Source: a virus. Taken from it: a DNA stretch of 64,000 nt. A program made the translations under genes and the position numbers. The notes beneath the pieces were generated by a model. It saw only the letters and a program-made list of their open reading frames with translations. It was not told where the DNA came from and did not search any database. Each line of letters starts with the position of its first letter. Position 1 is the first letter of the stretch. The stretch covers positions 1-64,000 of the IMG/VR virus record IMGVR_UViG_3300025141_014981. One strand, written 5' to 3'. Of the stretch, positions 29,949 through 40,205 are shown piece after piece.

Positions 29949-30972
29949 ATAAGTTCATTTGTTCTATCTTACCGGTAAGAGCATACACAGTTGCAGCGAG
30001 TGAGCTTATTATGCTGTTTCCGTCTTGGGGTGTAAAGCAAAAGCCAGTCACTGTTGTTGAATGCATTGTCTCATTGACAACAATAGAATTTTCAATGAAA
30101 ACTGCTTGATTCAAGATTCTTCCATAATATCCATGATCTCTACCAAATGAAAATACTCTTGCTGAATCTTGCTTTTGAGTCAATGCAGCAAATTTGTTTT
30201 CACGAATCCTGTTGACAATATGATTTTTTGTTAGATTGCTTTCATCTATAGAAAGTTTGAATCTTATTGTATGCATGTATTGTGTGTTTTGTTTAAGCGC
30301 ACTAGAAAAAAGCTCGATATCTTTATCTAATGTTTTAAATAAATCATGTGCATCTTTTGCATGATGTGTTCCAAAGATATTATTTTCATGTAAACTTATA
30401 ACAGGTGATGGTACGAATCCTGTCTCTTGGCTAATATCATTAGCTCTTCGTATGCAGACAAAGTCACCATCTAATACTTTTGATAAATTTCGTGGAATAG
30501 TCTTTAAAATACACGCAATGTTGTGTGTATTACAACTTACTATCTGTATAAACTTATGATCCCCCTTTAAGGCAGAATCATTGACACCATGTGCGTATGG
30601 CACACCAAAACCCTTCTCAGAACCTTGTGCTATGAATACAGTCTTAGGGTTAAACATTTTACTCAAATAGAGTTCTTTGTTCTTATTTCCTGCGGGTGTG
30701 CAGTCGATGACAACATCAGAGTTCATTATAGCATCAATTTTGCTAGCATGAACTTCATGACCTAATTTTTTGAATTTATCAATTGATTCAATATCAGTGA
30801 CCAATTTAGCACCGCGATTAATAAAGTTATTGACCCTAGCTACTTCATGCCGTAATGGCGTACGCTTATGAAAATAAACATCAATATTCAATTGATCACG
30901 AAAGTCTGCAAGAAACCCTATCAAGGGTGATCCTATTGTCCCTGTTCCAATTACCAATACATTTTTCTTCAT
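29920..30972 (-). CDS. Type II (archaeal-like) glyceraldehyde-3-phosphate dehydrogenase homologue
   Basis: GTGTIG, VIDCTP, QGSEK, VSCNTH, RRAND, THHAKD, MH. Confidence 0.75.
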   Translation of the reverse strand: MKKNVLVIGTGTIGSPLIGFLADFRDQLNIDVYFHKRTPLRHEVARVNNFINRGAKLVTDIESIDKFKKLGHEVHASKIDAIMNSDVVIDCTPAGNKNKELYLSKMFNPKTVFIAQGSEKGFGVPYAHGVNDSALKGDHKFIQIVSCNTHNIACILKTIPRNLSKVLDGDFVCIRRANDISQETGFVPSPVISLHENNIFGTHHAKDAHDLFKTLDKDIELFSSALKQNTQYMHTIRFKLSIDESNLTKNHIVNRIRENKFAALTQKQDSARVFSFGRDHGYYGRILNQAVFIENSIVVNETMHSTTVTGFCFTPQDGNSIISSLAATVYALTGKIEQMNLFDKYLFNEI

Positions 30973-30986
30973 AATATAATCACCTA

Positions 30987-31328
30987 TTACATTTTAACAT
31001 GTATCTTAGATAAAGCACTTAATGATTTACGCATTTCTTTTTTATAATCAGTCTCAATTTCTGAGGCTAATTGTGCACGCATATAACCAATAACTTTTCT
31101 TAATTCAGTTTTAGGTGTTATGCCTTTTACTTTTAATACATGTAATTCTTTGCCCTTCTCTTTAATAGTATTAAGCCAAGAACGAGCTTCTGAGTGTGTC
31201 TTAAATGAGCGTTGTCGATTTTTATTATCTTGAGCTCTGTAATTTCCTCTTGATGTCTTCCAGATTTGCCATGGATAGTGTCGCTCTTTACGTCTGGCTT
31301 CTTTTATAGATTGTCTTGAATTGCTCAT
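30987..31328 (-). CDS. Basic hypothetical protein
   Basis: 113-aa K/R-rich ORF. Confidence 0.55.
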   Translation of the reverse strand: MSNSRQSIKEARRKERHYPWQIWKTSRGNYRAQDNKNRQRSFKTHSEARSWLNTIKEKGKELHVLKVKGITPKTELRKVIGYMRAQLASEIETDYKKEMRKSLSALSKIHVKM

Positions 31329-31345
31329 ATTATATTTATATAGAA

Positions 31346-31570
31346 CTAATCATCATTAATCAATTTCTTTTTAGCCCAAGCTGGCAACGAATACGTTAAT
31401 TTCTTGTGAAGCCTTTTATGCAATCGCTTGGTTTCGATATCTAAAAGTCTATTATATTTTCTTGTTGTGACAGATTTAATGTTCTTTATTTTGCTTTTAC
31501 TTTTTTCATTGTGCTTGCCATTATTATCAATCATTGATAACAAGTCAGTTAATAAATCAGGGTTTTTCAT
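31346..31570 (-). CDS. Basic hypothetical protein
   Basis: ATGA overlap with the UDG gene. Confidence 0.5.
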   Translation of the reverse strand: MKNPDLLTDLLSMIDNNGKHNEKSKSKIKNIKSVTTRKYNRLLDIETKRLHKRLHKKLTYSLPAWAKKKLINDD

Positions 31571-32124
31571 AAGTAACCCTTTATTGCATATATAACATCA
31601 TCCACATATGCATGGGCATATCTGTGGGCTGCTGGGTGATCTAATGATATGCATGCTGATGTCACCTTATCTTTATATGCAAACTGTCTGTATGCAAACT
31701 TTGATAGAAATACAACACACTTTGGTTTAGTTAGTTCAATTTCACATGCTAAAAGTTTTTGATCGGCACTGGTGACAATTGGTCGCTTGTTATTAGTCGT
31801 CCAATGCTTTACTATGTTTGTAACACCACCACTTTTATGAAAATCAATGTCAAGCTTATTGCACACATTGATAATAAATTTGACAAACATTGACTTTACC
31901 CACGACTCTTTAAAGGCTGATTGTTGTTCATCATACGCTAAGTTAGTAAATTCATTAAATAACTTAATGTGGTCTTTTTGAAATGGAGCCCCGGGGTTTT
32001 GCCCCACAAATAAAATCTCAGTACCATTAATCATACCCATCAAGGGTATGATGCACTCATCACTAGATATATGTAACTTACTATCATAATAAGCTTTGTA
32101 AAGAGTCTCTAGCTCTTCGCTCAT
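31567..32124 (-). CDS. Uracil-DNA glycosylase superfamily protein
   Basis: ILFVGQNPG, TNIVKH, EIELTKPKCVVFL, DHPAA. Confidence 0.8.
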   Translation of the reverse strand: MSEELETLYKAYYDSKLHISSDECIIPLMGMINGTEILFVGQNPGAPFQKDHIKLFNEFTNLAYDEQQSAFKESWVKSMFVKFIINVCNKLDIDFHKSGGVTNIVKHWTTNNKRPIVTSADQKLLACEIELTKPKCVVFLSKFAYRQFAYKDKVTSACISLDHPAAHRYAHAYVDDVIYAIKGYL

Positions 32125-33500
32125 AAACTTACAGCGCTTTTCTTTGAATTCGAATTAAAACCAGCCGGCTGACTCACAGAATTATTAGCTTTTTTTGAAT
32201 CAAATCCCGCTGAACGCTCTGACTTCTTAGTAACTGCTGTATTATAGTGTGTCAAGCATTGCTCTAAAGCTTCTTCTATATGTGCCTTGCCAAGTGCTTC
32301 CTTTGCGCTTAAAGCAATAATTACACTTTTGAAATAAATCTCTTTCATAAATGCCATTGACATCCCTTCACATTCTTGTGCAACATGTAACAACATTGAG
32401 TTATCCTGGAAATCTTTCTTAAAGACTTTTTGTAGATACTCAAAGCGTAACTGAAGATTGGGAACTGAAAGTTCGATAATTGTATCAAATCTAGATGGTC
32501 TATTTAAGAATGCAGAATCTAGATCTTCTGGGTAGTTGGCAGTTGCAAGAACTAACACACCATCTAACTCTTCAACACCGTCTAGGCAATTGAATAAACA
32601 ATCTTTAGTCACAGTACTGATTTGTTTCTCATGCTTGGAGAAGATTCTATCAATGTCTTCAAGTAAAAACAAAGATGGTGCATTTTCTTTTGCAGTTTTA
32701 AATGCTCTAGTGAGATCAGAATTACCTAATTGTGGATTACCAAAGTTGAATTGAACTATATTCAAGTCATATTGTGAAATTATGATCTTTGTCAAGAATG
32801 TCTTACCATTCCCAGGATAACCATGAATTAGTATTCCACGCTTGTAAGGGAACTTACGTTCTCTATACCATATTTCATTATGGTACCAAAAATCTACTGA
32901 TTCTCTGATACTATCTCTGATATCAGGGGGAATGACTATATCACCCCAGTCATAACTAAGATTATTAACTGTGTAGTTTTCACCACCATAGACCGTTACT
33001 AGCTTTTCTGTGGCACCAAGTTGACGTTTATATTCTTTGAACTCTTTAAGAAATGAGCCAAAAGCTTCAAGCTCACTTTCTTTTACAAGCCATACATTAT
33101 ATTGTACTTCAGTCTTGTCATTTTGATGACAAATAGTGTAATTATAAAAATTACACTTGCTGAAATTGATACGAAGTATTCCACCATTGACAAAGTATTT
33201 AGCTTCAAAGAAAGACTTAAGGGATCCTCTCTTACGTTTCTTTTGTATAGAGACTTCATAACCATACTCAGAAAAACCTTCTAGGTTTAGAAAATCTACT
33301 TTCGTATCTTCAATACCTTTAGCAAACTTCTTTAAGTTTTCTGATTCACCAACAAACTCTTCACCAGATATCGTGAGCTTATAATCATCAGACAAAGAAA
33401 AGAATTCTTTAACAAGCTTAGTCTTTTCTATAACTTCTTCTCTTAGATTTTTATTTAAATTTTTAACTATAAATTTATTTTCTTGCAACACTATCTCCAA
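32121..33500 (-). CDS. AAA+ ATPase (BCS1/CDC48-like)
   Basis: RGILIHGYPGNGKT Walker A, LLEDID Walker B, ATANYPEDLDSAFLNRPSRFD. Confidence 0.92.
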   Translation of the reverse strand: MEIVLQENKFIVKNLNKNLREEVIEKTKLVKEFFSLSDDYKLTISGEEFVGESENLKKFAKGIEDTKVDFLNLEGFSEYGYEVSIQKKRKRGSLKSFFEAKYFVNGGILRINFSKCNFYNYTICHQNDKTEVQYNVWLVKESELEAFGSFLKEFKEYKRQLGATEKLVTVYGGENYTVNNLSYDWGDIVIPPDIRDSIRESVDFWYHNEIWYRERKFPYKRGILIHGYPGNGKTFLTKIIISQYDLNIVQFNFGNPQLGNSDLTRAFKTAKENAPSLFLLEDIDRIFSKHEKQISTVTKDCLFNCLDGVEELDGVLVLATANYPEDLDSAFLNRPSRFDTIIELSVPNLQLRFEYLQKVFKKDFQDNSMLLHVAQECEGMSMAFMKEIYFKSVIIALSAKEALGKAHIEEALEQCLTHYNTAVTKKSERSAGFDSKKANNSVSQPAGFNSNSKKSAVSL

Positions 33501-33576
33501 ATAAAAATAAGAGAGACAAAACTCCCTCTCACCTTGCTTCTCTATTATTGTAATGATTTATGTACTGCTTGTACAA

Positions 33577-34329
33577 TTAATTCTGTAAGTATTTTGTTTC
33601 TTTTAACAAATTTTTAATTGCTTCTGAATGTAGTGCTACACTGGCATGTGGAAACCTACCATGTACACCAACTAATATACCTATCACTTCGAATCTCTTA
33701 TTGTATACAGGGCTACCTGAATTACCGCCAGTAACTGGTATAGATAGCTCAATCATATTACTATCTACAGGATATCGTCTAACCATAAAACCAGTTACCT
33801 TTGAAGGAAAATTTCCAAGTGGTGCACCTATAATTGATAATTTTTCACCCATTTCAGGAAGCTCTTTAGCAAGCTTTAGTGGGGTAAATTTTCCATTAGT
33901 ATTATAGATTCTAAAAACACATAAATCAGCAGCATCATCAATATGTAATACTTTACCTTTAAATGTCTCAGTTGTATCTATACTTGTTTGTTTAATCACC
34001 TTTAATCTATTACCATTACTTTTACAAAAATGCTTAACAGACAAACCAATGCTTGAATACTTTCCTTTTTTACTTTTAGAATTTTTTATAACAAAACCAG
34101 TTGCTATTGATGTTCCTGTATTTTCATCACCATCCATGGAAAATAAAACATTTCTTTCTAGCATTACAACAGAATTAAATACTGGATCAACAGTTGTGTC
34201 ATCAATATTAATGACACTATAATGTGAGTTGTTTGTAACGTTCAATGGGTGCTCAGGTTGATCAACTGTAATGCAACTTGTTAATATTAAACTTATTAGG
34301 CACCCAAACATCATTACTACACGTTGCAT
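33577..34329 (-). CDS. Trypsin-like serine protease with lipoprotein signal
   Basis: LTSC lipobox; KHFC, ADL, GGNSGSP catalytic triad. Confidence 0.88.
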   Translation of the reverse strand: MQRVVMMFGCLISLILTSCITVDQPEHPLNVTNNSHYSVINIDDTTVDPVFNSVVMLERNVLFSMDGDENTGTSIATGFVIKNSKSKKGKYSSIGLSVKHFCKSNGNRLKVIKQTSIDTTETFKGKVLHIDDAADLCVFRIYNTNGKFTPLKLAKELPEMGEKLSIIGAPLGNFPSKVTGFMVRRYPVDSNMIELSIPVTGGNSGSPVYNKRFEVIGILVGVHGRFPHASVALHSEAIKNLLKETKYLQN

Positions 34330-34405
34330 ATATACTATATATTAGCTGTGCTACTATTTTTGTCAATTAACTAGTTTTTTATGTTTAATAATCCTATATA
34401 ATACT

Positions 34406-34434
34406 ATTATAATACATAATTGATGTATGTTTCA
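34406..34434 (-). promoter_or_regulatory. TGAAACA-N16-TATAAT promoter upstream of the protease
   Basis: Exact match to the 9-copy motif. Confidence 0.7.
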
Positions 34435-34460
34435 ACGGTAGGAAGAATAGTTATAATAAT

Positions 34461-36614
34461 ATGATATTACTAGAAGGTGGAATACCCGGGCACATGCCTC
34501 ACCCATATGAGGTATTTGAACCAAAAGATTTACTTGATTTTGTTGATAAGTTATTTTCGGGTGATCTTATAGGTACAGAAAAGGTTGATGGTGTAAATAT
34601 TCTCTTGGGGCTTGATAATGACAAAAAAATAGTTTTTGCACGTAATAAAACAGAAGAACCATTCTCGGTCGTTGGCGAAAAGTTTCATACAACACATCCT
34701 GCACATGATGCGTTTGCAGCAGCATTAATAGCAACACAAACTGCATTTGCTGCACTAAGCGATGAAGAATTAGAACACTTTACATTATTACGTAAAGGGC
34801 AACCTAATAACTTCATTAATACAGAAATTCTGTATGGTGAAGTACCAAACTTGATTCCATATAGTAAAGTAAAAAATTATATAGTATTTCATGGATTTAA
34901 AGGAAGAAAAGACACGAGCTATGGTGATCCTATAATTGACTCTGATGTTGATACAACAAAACTTCTTAATAAGTTAACAAATAGACTTGGTGAACTTGAA
35001 ATTTCATCAAATGTTGTTAAGTTTTTTGGCGCGCCTGGAGGTGTTATAAAGGAAATTGTACCAGAGAAAAGTAAGTGGCAATTTTCTGGCCCTGTTAATG
35101 TTGATCTTAGTAATATCAAAGATCAACTAGATTCAATTCTTAAAGAGCTAAAGACACATGATGAATATAAAGCGCTTTATAAACATATAAAAGGTGATAT
35201 TACATTAACTGATGAACAAAGGCTTGATGTCGGTAAAGAATTAATTGCATTAGCCGGCAGTAAAATGCTAGCAATACTTAAATCTGCATTAGCTGATCCG
35301 GATGTTAGAATACAAACTGGACACCCAGGAATTGAGGGCGTAGTATTTAAGACGTCTACCGGTGATCTTAAAGATCAATTAATTAAAATAACTGGAGATT
35401 TTTCTGCGCTTAATCAAGATTCATGGGAATACTTACGAAATACAATTCCATCTGTTAAAAAGCTATTTACAGGTAAAGTATTAGATGAAGCATTTGGTGT
35501 CAAAAATTTAATGTCAATAACAGATGCCTCATTTAAAAAGTATGCTGGTCAAAAACAAACAAAACATTCAATTGCAAGGGCATTTCTTGCAAATAGATCT
35601 AAAAAATATAAAAAGCTTGATTACATGCTTGATCAAGAAGATATAAATGTCTATAATATTTTAGTGCGATATGCAACAACAGCAACAGACAGGCTTTCAG
35701 AAATTTGGACTGAAATAGAAGAGAATCCTGACAAACTTGGTGAAAAACTTGAACAAACGAAACATTCACTATTAATTTCAGCATATCAATTTGAGCAATT
35801 TTTAAAAATACTTGATTCATCTGATACTGTTGCTAGTATGTTTTTAAAAATGCTTCAAACATTATTTCCAATCAAGTTTATTAGAAAAACTGATGGTGTT
35901 GTTGAGTCATTTGATCTCAACGAATATGATTATCCTGTTGGTGATGTTAAAAGAATATCAATTTTTATAGGTAAATTTGATCCTGCACATGATGGACATA
36001 TGCAGATAGTACGTGAAATGTTGCATGAAAGTGATGAAGTAATACTATTCGTTTCTAAAGTCAAAAAATATCTTGATCTAGAAAGAAAGAAAGAGATACT
36101 AAACAAGTATATAAGCGATAGTGGGCACGCTAGCAAAGTTAGAATATTTGATATGGCTACAGGATTTATACCTGACTTACTTAAACAGACATTTACTGAT
36201 GATGAAATACAAGAAACTGAATTTACTGTATGGTCAGGATCTGATCGTGCTTATTTAAAGAATGAACCTGATGATGCTGATGAGAAACGTAGAGGATTAG
36301 AAAGCACGTACAAGAAGCACTTTACACGCTATCATAAAACCGGTAAGCCAAATTGGCAATATAAGGTACCAAAGTTTAGAATATTAATACGTGATGATGA
36401 TTCATTAAAAGATAGTGGCAACATTGATAATTTATTATCATTAAGTAAGATACCTATTAAGATGATGTCCAGTTCTTTACTTAGAGAATTAGTCAAGATA
36501 GGAACTAAAGATGCATTAAGGTTGTTTTTGAATTCACAACCTACGAAAGATAAGAAATTTATAAAAGGTGTTTGGGATGATCTCAAGCATGCTATAGAGG
36601 TTAAAGATGGTTGA
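34461..36614 (+). CDS. Fusion of ligase-fold nucleotidyltransferase (N) and HxGH cytidylyltransferase-like domain (C)
   Basis: GHMPHP, TEKVDG, IEGVVF, KITGDF; C-terminal FIGKFDPAHDGH, GSDR, MSSS..RE. Confidence 0.75.
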   Translation: MILLEGGIPGHMPHPYEVFEPKDLLDFVDKLFSGDLIGTEKVDGVNILLGLDNDKKIVFARNKTEEPFSVVGEKFHTTHPAHDAFAAALIATQTAFAALSDEELEHFTLLRKGQPNNFINTEILYGEVPNLIPYSKVKNYIVFHGFKGRKDTSYGDPIIDSDVDTTKLLNKLTNRLGELEISSNVVKFFGAPGGVIKEIVPEKSKWQFSGPVNVDLSNIKDQLDSILKELKTHDEYKALYKHIKGDITLTDEQRLDVGKELIALAGSKMLAILKSALADPDVRIQTGHPGIEGVVFKTSTGDLKDQLIKITGDFSALNQDSWEYLRNTIPSVKKLFTGKVLDEAFGVKNLMSITDASFKKYAGQKQTKHSIARAFLANRSKKYKKLDYMLDQEDINVYNILVRYATTATDRLSEIWTEIEENPDKLGEKLEQTKHSLLISAYQFEQFLKILDSSDTVASMFLKMLQTLFPIKFIRKTDGVVESFDLNEYDYPVGDVKRISIFIGKFDPAHDGHMQIVREMLHESDEVILFVSKVKKYLDLERKKEILNKYISDSGHASKVRIFDMATGFIPDLLKQTFTDDEIQETEFTVWSGSDRAYLKNEPDDADEKRRGLESTYKKHFTRYHKTGKPNWQYKVPKFRILIRDDDSLKDSGNIDNLLSLSKIPIKMMSSSLLRELVKIGTKDALRLFLNSQPTKDKKFIKGVWDDLKHAIEVKDG

Positions 36615-36948
36615 TAGAGCGCAAATACTAGACGATGTCATAAGAACATTAGCAAGGTTAAGTAATGATGTGCAGTCATGGAAGATATATGAAAGACATG
36701 ATGATATTACACGTGAATTACGCTTTGTTGCAAATTCTATGAAAAATATCAATGCTGATAGGACTTTATTATTAAAGGCATTAGATGCACATGCACTTGG
36801 CTATACACAACTTGCATACAATTATTTATTTTCAAATAATCCATTGAACACTTCTGAAGAAGATGTTCTCAATGCAAAGTTTCGAAATAATGAAACAAAC
36901 TTAACTGGGCGCTTAGTAGTGTGGCGTAATCAACTCAAGAAAAAGTAA
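36607..36948 (+). CDS. Hypothetical protein
   Basis: Overlaps the previous gene; GAGG RBS. Confidence 0.6.
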   Translation: MVDRAQILDDVIRTLARLSNDVQSWKIYERHDDITRELRFVANSMKNINADRTLLLKALDAHALGYTQLAYNYLFSNNPLNTSEEDVLNAKFRNNETNLTGRLVVWRNQLKKK

Positions 36949-36949
36949 A

Positions 36950-37327
36950 ATGAGATATATAATAGCATTATTAATCGCAATATGTTTACTACTGACACCA
37001 AGCTATCCATATGCGAAAAAAGAGACTGATGTAAATATTGTAAGCAAGTTACAAAGTGTAGCTAGTACAAGAGATGTATACATGATACACATACCTGATG
37101 ATACACGCCAATCATATGTACGTACACGTGTATCATCTGAGTATAACTATGATGCAATTATATTACAAGATTATACAGATAAGAGGTTATATTTAATAGT
37201 GTATGATGGGAATGAATATAAGATATTCATGACGCCCATGAACACTGGTGACTTTTATATTATTACTGATGAAGAGGCAGTTACAGAAATTATCAACAAG
37301 ATATTATTGGAAAGAAAAAAACTATGA
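36950..37327 (+). CDS. Secreted hypothetical protein
   Basis: MRYIIALLIAICLLLTPSYPYA signal peptide. Confidence 0.6.
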   Translation: MRYIIALLIAICLLLTPSYPYAKKETDVNIVSKLQSVASTRDVYMIHIPDDTRQSYVRTRVSSEYNYDAIILQDYTDKRLYLIVYDGNEYKIFMTPMNTGDFYIITDEEAVTEIINKILLERKKL

Positions 37328-37761
37328 CAACAAACGAACTTCGAAAGCATGTTAAAGGTATCCTTAAAGAGATGTTACAAATTGAGCAAGAGGGTCCCGA
37401 AGGGGAAGAAGCACCACCGATGGAGGCTGAACCAGAGCCTGAGCCAGAATCTAACGCAACTGATGAAGAAACAGGTGAAGCACTTTACACTATAGAGACA
37501 ATGATTAAATTATTCAATGCAATAAGATCAGGTTCATCAATGAAAGACGAAAATGTTGTTAAGAGCTTAAATGGGTGGTGGGATAAAGCAAAGCTTGAAG
37601 ACCTTAAGAAATTCTTGTCAGCATTAGCTAACGTTGCTCAAATAGTTAGTAAGAGTGAAACAGAAGATTCTTCTGAGCCAGATGTTGAACTCGAGTCAGA
37701 GCCAATAACTGACGAAATTCCTGATGAAGGGGAAGAAGCACCTGATATTGAGGGTACCTAA
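37324..37761 (+). CDS. Acidic hypothetical protein (possible virion internal protein)
   Basis: ELRKHVKGILKEM leader, E/P-rich tails, core KLFNAIRSGSS. Confidence 0.65.
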   Translation: MTTNELRKHVKGILKEMLQIEQEGPEGEEAPPMEAEPEPEPESNATDEETGEALYTIETMIKLFNAIRSGSSMKDENVVKSLNGWWDKAKLEDLKKFLSALANVAQIVSKSETEDSSEPDVELESEPITDEIPDEGEEAPDIEGT

Positions 37762-38618
37762 TTATCAAGTAAAATCATATTCAATACTTTTACAAGCTCT
37801 CTAATCGACTTAAATATGTTGTAACGCTCATATAACTTATATCTTATCTCAGCAGGTCCAGAATTTTCAAAGTCAGTATCAAGGGTGCCTCTTCTAACAT
37901 CTTTTATTCGCTTAGTAACACTTTCTAATGCATTTAAGTCTACTTCTAGCTTTTTCTTTAACATATGCAACCTATTACATAACACTAATACTTGCTCATG
38001 TCCCCCGACATTACTGCTTATCTCAGATTTTAACATTTTATAGTCAATTATGTCCATGGACGTGCTCGAAATTATTTTATTAATTTTCATTACACACTTA
38101 CGAACTATGTCCTTTTGAACTCTTATTTCATTTGAGTCATATGTAATCTTGTCAGTTTTCTTTGTCCATCTATTTGTTATAAAATTGTAGATGTTTATAT
38201 CAAGTTTAAAGATTTGATCGTTAATATCATTAACATAGAAATTAATAGGGTGTTGACCAATAAAACGCTTGCCATTGACACTTTGTAAAAAGCTTGCCAA
38301 GTACTTATTAGCAGCTACCCTATTATTCACTTGTAAGCTTTTTACAAGTTTGTCATAATCAATTACTATACCAACATCAATATCAGAATGCTCTGTCCAT
38401 TGCAGTGTCAAGATACTTCCAACTAGTACTATACCTTCAATTTTTGGAAAAGCTTTAATACTATTAAGGAGTTCTTGTAATGCATTGTTGATTTGCTTTC
38501 TTGAATTATTTGTTAATGTCAAGTCTACATTAAATACATGTTGATCTAGAGATTTTTTAGGTGGGTCTATTATTGATTCAAAGATTTTCTGTACTATCTT
38601 TACTAGTTTGTTCATCAT
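37758..38618 (-). CDS. Pol-beta superfamily nucleotidyltransferase
   Basis: LVGSI...W..SDIDV, HPINFYV. Confidence 0.75.
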   Translation of the reverse strand: MMNKLVKIVQKIFESIIDPPKKSLDQHVFNVDLTLTNNSRKQINNALQELLNSIKAFPKIEGIVLVGSILTLQWTEHSDIDVGIVIDYDKLVKSLQVNNRVAANKYLASFLQSVNGKRFIGQHPINFYVNDINDQIFKLDINIYNFITNRWTKKTDKITYDSNEIRVQKDIVRKCVMKINKIISSTSMDIIDYKMLKSEISSNVGGHEQVLVLCNRLHMLKKKLEVDLNALESVTKRIKDVRRGTLDTDFENSGPAEIRYKLYERYNIFKSIRELVKVLNMILLDN

Positions 38619-39801
38619 TTAGATTTAGCAATTTGAGCACATTATTTATTTTTGTTCTTTTTAATGCGCTCAATATAAAACTATATAAATTTTCTGTATC
38701 TTTACCAAACAACTTAAAGAGAAAGGAAGAAATATTTTTATATTTACTCAAAACATGTGCAGCATATTCTTTTCTATTGTCAATATGTTGTACATCGTTG
38801 ATTGCGTCTTGAATACTGTCAACTAGCATGTCAATACCATTTTCAATATTGTCAAACATTGCTTTTGATTCTTCAAAGTATGTCTCTATTTCTTCTCGTT
38901 CGCCTTCTAACCATAATGGTACTAAGTTTTTATATTGCAATTGCCCTATTAATCTATGACGCTTCAAATATGTTTCTTTCTTTATTTTAATACGCTTGTT
39001 AGTGCCTCGTTGCCTCACTACAAAACCTTCAAAGTCATCTTGAAATGTATCCATCATTTTAGAGATGCTATCATAATCTGCTTTTACATCAAATATTCTA
39101 GGGCGTTTTGCATTTATTTTTTTGGCTAATTTATTTAGCTCTGCTTCACTAAGCTCATCTAGTGTTTCTAAATCACGTGCACCTATTAGGTATAAGCCAA
39201 GCTCTTCACGGGTATATTGTGTAACAACAGGTCGTTCTGACAAAATTGCTTCGAAGATCAAAGTGTAGTTGTATACATCACTAGATAGTGATAGCTTTTT
39301 TACATATTCACCGATCTCTTTTAGCAAGCTAACTCTACCACCAGTAAAGAGGTTTATAACGACATTAAGGTCGACATCTGATGATGACAGCATCTTGCGT
39401 GTGTGCCAAATTGGTTTGTTATTTTGATCACGTAAAAATGCTAAACCAACAAGTGTGCCGTCCATTTTTTCTATGATATCACTACTTGCTAAGTCAATAG
39501 GTTCAGCTTCTTTTTCTCCTAGATTGAAAAATCTAATAAATGGAAAGCTTACAATATTACCATGTTTGTCTATTACAAGACCACGCGTTAATCTGTTTAA
39601 GTCATTTCTATCACCAAACTGGTTATAGTTCAAGACAATGTAATCACCTTTATATTTAACATCAATCGACTTTTCTTCTAACCATTCTTCATCATTGGTT
39701 AGCACTTTGTCAATTACTACTTGTAGCTTATTTTTAAGTTCAGAATTCTTATTCTCTAGAAGAATAGATTTCTTTATATAACTGTGTAATGCATCTTGCA
39801 T
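38578..39801 (-). CDS. RNA ligase 1 (T4 Rnl1-like)
   Basis: RGL, RFFNLGE, EKMDGT (motif I), FE, EGFVV (IV), KIK (V). Confidence 0.9.
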   Translation of the reverse strand: MQDALHSYIKKSILLENKNSELKNKLQVVIDKVLTNDEEWLEEKSIDVKYKGDYIVLNYNQFGDRNDLNRLTRGLVIDKHGNIVSFPFIRFFNLGEKEAEPIDLASSDIIEKMDGTLVGLAFLRDQNNKPIWHTRKMLSSSDVDLNVVINLFTGGRVSLLKEIGEYVKKLSLSSDVYNYTLIFEAILSERPVVTQYTREELGLYLIGARDLETLDELSEAELNKLAKKINAKRPRIFDVKADYDSISKMMDTFQDDFEGFVVRQRGTNKRIKIKKETYLKRHRLIGQLQYKNLVPLWLEGEREEIETYFEESKAMFDNIENGIDMLVDSIQDAINDVQHIDNRKEYAAHVLSKYKNISSFLFKLFGKDTENLYSFILSALKRTKINNVLKLLNLNDEQTSKDSTENL

Positions 39802-39810
39802 AAATTAACT

Positions 39811-40203
39811 CTATTGATTATTTATTTTTTTTACGTCTTCAATTAATCGTGATTGTCTACTCTTAATAACTGCTTGTTGTGTTTGGATACGATCAACTTT
39901 GTTATTAAGTCCATCATGTTTATCATTCAAGTCATCTTTAAGGTCTGTCATTTGTTTATTGACATCATTCTTTAAATTTCTGATTGTACTCTTAACTTCA
40001 TCACCACTCTCAGTGATACTATTTTGAATAGTGTCTAGCTTTTCAGTGATACTTACTTGTTGTGCATTATATACGTCTTTATTGACAAAAGTAGATCCTA
40101 CATCACTATAATACCATACCATGACACCAGCAACTAAGCTTCCTATAAAAACAAAAAACTTTATCCAGTCAAGCAAGTCGCGATTTTTGTTGACTAGTGC
40201 CAA
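39811..40203 (-). CDS. Single-pass membrane protein with coiled coil
   Basis: FFVFIGSLVAGVMVWYY followed by heptad-rich region. Confidence 0.6.
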   Translation of the reverse strand: MALVNKNRDLLDWIKFFVFIGSLVAGVMVWYYSDVGSTFVNKDVYNAQQVSITEKLDTIQNSITESGDEVKSTIRNLKNDVNKQMTDLKDDLNDKHDGLNNKVDRIQTQQAVIKSRQSRLIEDVKKINNQ

Positions 40204-40205
40204 TG

